From: Giardia intestinalis
Lineage: Eukaryota
Assembly: GCA_000002435.2 (NCBI GenBank)
Contig: AACB03000015.1
Strand: one strand, 5' to 3'
DNA length: 3,464 bases
The notes beneath the pieces were generated by a model. The model did no database searches, had not been told where the DNA came from, and was given only the letters and a program-made list of their open reading frames with translations. The position numbers were made by a program, and so were the translations under genes. Positions within the stretch are counted from its first letter, which is position 1. Every line of letters begins with the position of its first letter. This document shows positions 1 through 3,464 of the stretch, one piece after another.

Positions 1-221
1 GCGGCCCCAACGACCAGACGTGCCTGGACTGCAAGACTCCTGGCGAGAACGTGCAGCTCGATAAAGAAAGCTGCGGCCCCACCTGCCCGCAGAACTCCTC
101 CCCCAACCAAACGTCTGCGAGTGCAACCCGGGATTCAACCTGAACGATAGAAAAGACGCGTGCGAGGCGGTTGCCAACACAAACTGCGCACAAGAGCTGC
201 AGAATGCGGGCTGCAAGACGT
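1..221 (+). repeat. Repeat copy 1, 221 bp, 5'-truncated by the window edge in phase.
   Basis: One deletion in the A-run 109-111 (A3 versus canonical A4). A local aaaga to aagaa change at 65-69 turns canonical LDKR into LDKE in frame. Confidence 0.9.
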
Positions 222-3200
222 GCGGCCCAACGACCAGACGTGCCTGGACTGCAAGACTCCTGGCGAGAACGGTGCAGCTCGATAAAAGAAGCTGCGGCCC
301 ACCTGCCCGCAGAACTCCTCCCCCAACCAAAACGTCTGCGAGTGCAACCCGGGATTCAACCTGAACGATAGAAAAGACGCGTGCGAGGCGGTTGCCAACA
401 CAAACTGCGCACAAGAGCTGCAGAATGCGGGCTGCAAGACGTGCGGCCCCAACGACCAGACGTGCCTGGACTGCAAGACTCCTGGCGAGAACGTGCAGCT
501 CGATAAAAGAAGCTGCGGCCCCACCTGCCCGCAGAACTCCTCCCCCAACCAAAACGTCTGCGAGTGCAACCCGGGATTCAACCTGAACGATAGAAAAGAC
601 GCGTGCGAGGCGGTTGCCAACACAAACTGCGCACAAGAGCTGCAGAATGCGGGCTGCAAGACGTGCGGCCCCAACGACCAGACGTGCCTGGACTGCAAGA
701 CTCCTGGCGAGAACGTGCAGCTCGATAAAAGAAGCTGCGGCCCCACCTGCCCGCAGAACTCCTCCCCCAACCAAAACGTCTGCGGAGTGCAACCCGGGAT
801 TCAACCTGAACGATAGAAAGACGCGTGCGAGGCGGTTGCCAACACAAACTGCGCACAAGAGCTGCAGAATGCGGGCTGCAAGACGTGCGGCCCCAACGAC
901 CAGACGTGCCTGGACTGCAAGACTCCTGGCGAGAACGTGCAGCTCGATAAAAGAAGCTGCGGCCCACCTGCCCGCAGAACTCCTCCCCCAACCAAACGTC
1001 TGCGAGTGCAACCCGGGATTCAACCTGAACGATAGAAAAGACGCGTGCGAGGCGGTTGCCAACACAAACTGCGCACAAGAGCTGCAGAATGCGGGCTGCA
1101 AGACGTGCGGCCCCAACGACCAGACGTGCCTGGACTGCAAGACTCCTGGCGAGAACGTGCAGCTCGATAAAAGAAGCTGCGGCCCCACCTGCCCGCAGAA
1201 CTCCTCCCCCAACCAAAACGTCTGCGAGTGCAACCCGGGATTCAACCTGAACGATAGAAAAGACGCGTGCGAGGCGGTTGCCAACACAAACTGCGCACAA
1301 GAGCTGCAGAATGCGGGCTGCAAGGACGTGCGGCCCCAACGGACCAGACGTGCCTGGACTGCAAGACTCCTGGCGAGAACGTGCAGCTCGATAAAAGAAG
1401 CTGCGGCCCCACCTGCCCGCAGAACTCCTCCCCAACCAAAACGTCTGCGAGTGCAACCCGGGATTCAACCTGAACGATAGAAAAGACGCGTGCGAGGCGG
1501 TTGCCACACCAAACTGCGCACAAGAGCTGCAGAATGCGGGCTGCAAGACGTGCGGCCCCAACGACCAGACGTGCCTGGACTGCAGACTCCTGGCCGAGAA
1601 CGTGCAGTCGATAAAAGAAGCTGCGGCCCCACCTGCCCGCAGAACTCCTCCCCCAACCAAAACGTCTGCGAGTGCAACCCGGGATTCAACCTGAACGATA
1701 GAAAAGACGCGTGCGAGGCGGTTGCCAACACAAACTGCGCACAAGAGCTGCAGAATGCGGGCTGCAAGACGTGCGGCCCCAACGACCAGACGTGCCTGGA
1801 CTGCAAGACTCCTGGCGAGAACGTGCAGCTCGATAAAAGAAGCTGCGGCCCCACCTGCCCGCAGAACTCCTCCCCAACCAAAACGTCTGCGAGTGCAACC
1901 GGGATTCAACTTGAACGATAGAAAAGACGCGTGCGAGGCGGTTGCCAACACAAACTGCGCACAAGAGCTGCAGAATGCGGGCTGCAAGACGTGCGGCCCC
2001 AACGACCAGACGTGCCTGGACTGCAAGACTCCTGGCGAGAACGTGCAGCTCGATAAAAGAAGCTGCGGCCCCACCTGCCCGCAGAACTCCTCCCCCAACC
2101 AAAACGTCTGCGAGTGCAACCCGGGATTCAACCTGAACGATAGAAAAGACGCGTGCGAGGCGGTTGCCAACACAAACTGCGCACAAGAGCTGCAGAATGC
2201 GGGCTGCAAGACGTGCGGCCCAACGACCAGACGTGCCTGGACTGCAAGATCCTGGCGAGAACGTGCAGCTCGATAAAAGAAGCTGCGGCCCCACCTGCCC
2301 GCAGAACTCCTCCCCAACCAAAACGTCTGCGAGTGCAACCCGGGATTCAACCTGAACGATAGAAAGACGCGTGCGAGGCGGTTGCCAACACAAACTGCGC
2401 ACAAGAGCTGCAGAATGCGCGGGCTGCAAGACGTGCGGCCCCAACGACCAGACGTGCCTGGACTGCAAGACTCCTGGCGAGAACGTGCAGCTCGATAAAA
2501 GAAGCTGCGGCCCACCTGCCCGCAGGCTCCCCCCCAACCAAAACGTCTGCGAGTGCAACCCGGGATTCAACCTGAACGATAGAAAAGACGCGTGCGAGGC
2601 GGTTGCCAACACAAACTGCGCACAAGAGCTGCAGAATGCGGGCTGCAAGACGTGCGGCCCCAACGACCAGACGTGCCTGGACTGCAAAGACTCCTGGCGA
2701 GAACGTGCAGCTCGATAAAAGAAGCTGCGGCCCCACCTGCCCGCAGAACTCCCCCCCAACCAAAACGTCTGCGAGTGCAACCCGGGATTCAACCTGAACG
2801 ATAGAAAAGACGCGTGCGAGGCGGTTGCCAACACAAACTGCGCACAAGAGCTGCAGAATGCGGGCTGCAAGACGTGCGGCCCCAACGACCAGACGTGCCT
2901 GGACTGCAAGACTCCTGGCGAAACGTGCAGCTCGATAAAAGAAGCTGCGGCCCCACCTGCCGCAGAACTCCTCCCCAACCAAAACGTCTGCGAGTGCAAC
3001 CCGGGATTCAACCTGAACGATAGAAAAGACGCGTGCGAGGCGGTTGCCACACAAATGCGCACAAGAGCTGCAGAATGCGGGCTGCAAGACGTGCGGCCCC
3101 AACGACCAGACGTGCCTGGACTGCAAGATCCTGGCGAGAAACGTGCAGCTCGATAAAGAGCTGCGGCCCCACCTGCCCGCAGAACTCCTCCCCAACCAAA

Positions 3201-3464
3201 ACGTCTGCGAGTGCAACCCGGGATTCAACTGAACGATAGAAAAGAGCGTGCGAGGCGGTTGCCAACACAAACTGCGCACAAGAGCTGCAGAATGCGGGCT
3301 GCAAGACGTGCGGCCCCAACGACCAGACGTGCCTGGACTGCAAGACTCCTGGCGGAACGTGCAGCTCGATAAAAGAAGCTGCCGGCCCCACCTGCCCGCA
3401 GAACTCCTCCCCCAACCAAAACGTCTGCGAGTTGCAACCCGGGATTCAACCTGAACGATAGAAA
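1..3464 (+). CDS. Internal fragment, 5' and 3' partial, of a gene for a large tandem-repeat cysteine-rich protein with 74-aa EGF-like modules of 10 Cys each. The frame is interrupted by about 43 indels, which are either sequencing errors in an intact gene or a degenerate, pseudogenised array.
   Basis: In the canonical unit only one + frame lacks stops. The +1 frame has TGA in aacctgaacg, and the +2 frame has TAA in cgataaaag and TAG in cgatagaaa. The open frame shows GC3 of about 80%, with 59 of 74 third positions G or C, and an invariant TGC Cys codon ten times per unit. It carries the EGF_2-type pattern CECNPGFNLNDRKDAC. The longest uninterrupted in-frame stretches of this frame are about 300-784, 996-1324, 1609-1872 and 1900-2219. 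The window begins in codon phase 3 with gc|ggc|ccc|aac. No start or stop of the real gene lies in the window. Confidence 0.6.
222..442 (+). repeat. Repeat copy 2, 221 bp.
   Basis: Deletion of c in run 226-228; insertion of g at 271-272; deletion of c in run 298-300. Confidence 0.9.
443..664 (+). repeat. Repeat copy 3, 222 bp, canonical unit with an intact 74-codon frame.
   Basis: Identical to copy 10 (1993-2214). Translates in frame, with codon starts at 442, 445 and so on, to CGPNDQTCLDCKTPGENVQLDKRSCGPTCPQNSSPNQNVCECNPGFNLNDRKDACEAVANTNCAQELQNAGCKT. Confidence 0.95.
665..886 (+). repeat. Repeat copy 4, 222 bp, with a compensating indel pair.
   Basis: Insertion of g at 784-785; deletion of a in run 817-819. 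The shifted stretch between them contains an in-frame TAG at 814-816, which is the end of track ORF 493..816. Confidence 0.9.
887..1106 (+). repeat. Repeat copy 5, 220 bp.
   Basis: Deletion in C-run 963-965; deletion in A-run 994-996. Confidence 0.9.
1107..1329 (+). repeat. Repeat copy 6, 223 bp.
   Basis: Single insertion of g at 1324-1325 (caaggacg versus caagacg). Confidence 0.9.
1330..1551 (+). repeat. Repeat copy 7, 222 bp.
   Basis: Insertion of g at 1341-1342; deletion in C-run 1430-1433 (C4 versus C5). ccaacacaaa becomes ccacaccaaa at 1504-1513, a deletion of a plus an insertion of c, or two substitutions. Confidence 0.88.
1552..1772 (+). repeat. Repeat copy 8, 221 bp.
   Basis: Deletion of a at 1584 (tgcagactcc); insertion of c at 1594-1595 (tggccgag); deletion of c at 1607/1608 (gcagtcgat). 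Confidence 0.9.
1773..1992 (+). repeat. Repeat copy 9, 220 bp.
   Basis: Deletion in C-run 1872-1875; deletion in C-run 1899-1900 (caaccggg). C to T substitution at 1911, which is CTG to TTG and synonymous for Leu in the coding frame. Confidence 0.9.
1993..2214 (+). repeat. Repeat copy 10, 222 bp, canonical.
   Basis: Identical to copy 3. Confidence 0.95.
2215..2434 (+). repeat. Repeat copy 11, 220 bp.
   Basis: Deletions in C-run 2219-2221, at 2249/2250 (aagatcctgg), in C-run 2312-2315 and in A-run 2363-2365. A 2-bp insertion at 2418-2420 (gaatgcgcgggc). Confidence 0.88.
2435..2653 (+). repeat. Repeat copy 12, 219 bp.
   Basis: Deletion in C-run 2511-2513. At 2523-2535, cagaactcctccccc is replaced by caggctccccccc, a net loss of 2 bp together with an a to g change. 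Confidence 0.85.
2654..2875 (+). repeat. Repeat copy 13, 222 bp.
   Basis: Insertion in A-run 2686-2688 (tgcaaagac). Loss of t near 2752, so cct ccc cc becomes ccccccc. Confidence 0.88.
2876..3092 (+). repeat. Repeat copy 14, 217 bp.
   Basis: Five single-base deletions: g at about 2921 (ggcgaaacg), C-run 2960-2961, C-run 2973-2976, a at 3049 and c at 3055/3056 (acaaatgcgc). Confidence 0.88.
3093..3309 (+). repeat. Repeat copy 15, 217 bp, the most damaged copy.
   Basis: Deletion at 3128/3129; insertion in A-run 3139-3141; 2 bp lost in 3155-3160 (gataaagagctgc); deletion in C-run 3190-3193; deletion of c at 3229 (caactgaac); deletion of c at 3245/3246 (aagagcgtg). Confidence 0.88.
3310..3464 (+). 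repeat. Repeat copy 16, 155 bp, 3'-truncated by the window edge.
   Basis: Deletion of a at 3354/3355 (ggcggaacg); insertion of c at 3382-3383 (gctgccggc); insertion of t at 3432-3433 (gagttgcaa). Confidence 0.88.

Larger units (their letters stand above)
1..3464. repeat. Tandem direct-repeat array, canonical period 222 bp, about 15.7 copies, spanning the entire window and truncated at both ends by the window edges.
   Basis: The phase marker gcggcccc recurs at 1, 222, 443, 665, 887, 1107, 1330, 1552, 1773, 1993, 2215, 2435, 2654, 2876, 3093 and 3310. Copies 443-664 and 1993-2214 are identical 222-mers. All other copies differ from them only by 1-7 small indels and rare substitutions. Confidence 0.97.

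Noticed and set aside
171-371. A repeating 64-70 aa Arg/Ala/Pro-rich ORF family on the + strand, MPTQTAHKSCRMRAARRAAPTTRRAW... and MRGGCQHKLRTRAAEC..., listed many times in the ORF track.
   Set aside because: These are the +1 and +2 off-frames of the same unit. Each canonical unit places a TGA (aacctgaacg), or a TAA plus a TAG, in these frames, so they cannot be read through. They appear as ORFs only because indels splice them onto the real frame.
2418-2420. The 2-bp insertion (gcgcggg) and other indel clusters as programmed ribosomal frameshift or slippery sites.
   Set aside because: The indels are scattered at different unit positions, mostly in homopolymers, with no shared heptanucleotide slippery motif or downstream structure. 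This is consistent with noise rather than a recoding signal.
578-2515. Very long minus-strand ORFs of 645, 458, 310, 211 and other lengths, rich in L, S, A and R.
   Set aside because: They are an artefact of the GC-rich repeat. The canonical unit lacks tta and cta and has only one tca on the + strand, so two minus frames are stop-free. The translated text switches register at every indel and shows no cysteine periodicity, domain signature or codon-position GC bias. The GC3-type bias sits on the + strand frame.
1-3464. CRISPR array.
   Set aside because: The repeats are contiguous 222-bp direct repeats with no unique spacers between them. The period and structure are incompatible with CRISPR, which has 24-48 bp repeats and unique spacers of similar length.
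1-3464. Non-coding satellite or rDNA-IGS-type tandem repeat.
   Set aside because: The period is an exact multiple of 3 at 74 codons. Exactly one of six frames is both stop-free and GC3-biased, and it encodes ten regularly spaced Cys and an EGF-like signature. This is much more consistent with a coding repeat. It was not rejected with certainty, and the feature confidence was kept at 0.6.
1-3464. Insertion sequence, transposon or integron (terminal inverted repeats, target-site duplications, attC).
   Set aside because: No unique sequence, inverted terminal repeats or transposase or integrase-like coding frame exists in the window. All sequence is the same direct repeat.
1-3464. Promoter, RBS or terminator calls inside the array.
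   Set aside because: Any motif found recurs every 222 bp inside a coding repeat, for example the A-rich gataaaagaag. It therefore cannot be a meaningful unique regulatory site. The real regulatory regions lie outside the window.

Overview
The whole 3,464-bp window is one head-to-tail tandem array of about 15.7 copies of a 222-bp (74-codon) unit, with GC about 60%. No unique flanking sequence, gene start, gene end, promoter, terminator, RNA gene, CRISPR array or mobile-element boundary is visible. Exactly one + strand frame of the canonical unit is stop-free; the other two + frames carry TGA, or TAA plus TAG, in every unit. That open frame has strong third-position GC bias, about 80% GC3 against 60% overall. 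It encodes a 74-aa, 10-cysteine, Asn/Gln-rich module: CGPNDQTCLDCKTPGENVQLDKRSCGPTCPQNSSPNQNVCECNPGFNLNDRKDACEAVANTNCAQELQNAGCKT. The module contains an EGF-like signature (C-x-C-x2-G-F-x8-C), CxxC-type cysteine pairs, one N-x-S sequon and one LDKR dibasic site. The window is therefore most likely an internal fragment of a very large gene for a secreted or surface cysteine-rich repeat protein, possibly a polyprotein. Copies are essentially identical at the base-substitution level, with at most 3 substitutions. They differ by about 43 small indels that are overwhelmingly deletions and mostly fall in C- or A-homopolymers. These indels repeatedly break the reading frame, so every ORF in the supplied six-frame track is a frame-hopping fragment. 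This indel-only pattern points more to uncorrected sequencing error, or possibly injected noise, in an intact gene than to a naturally decaying pseudogene, though the second cannot be excluded from sequence alone. Taxonomic origin cannot be established. Two AGA codons per unit, the EGF-like module and the dibasic motifs look eukaryote-like.
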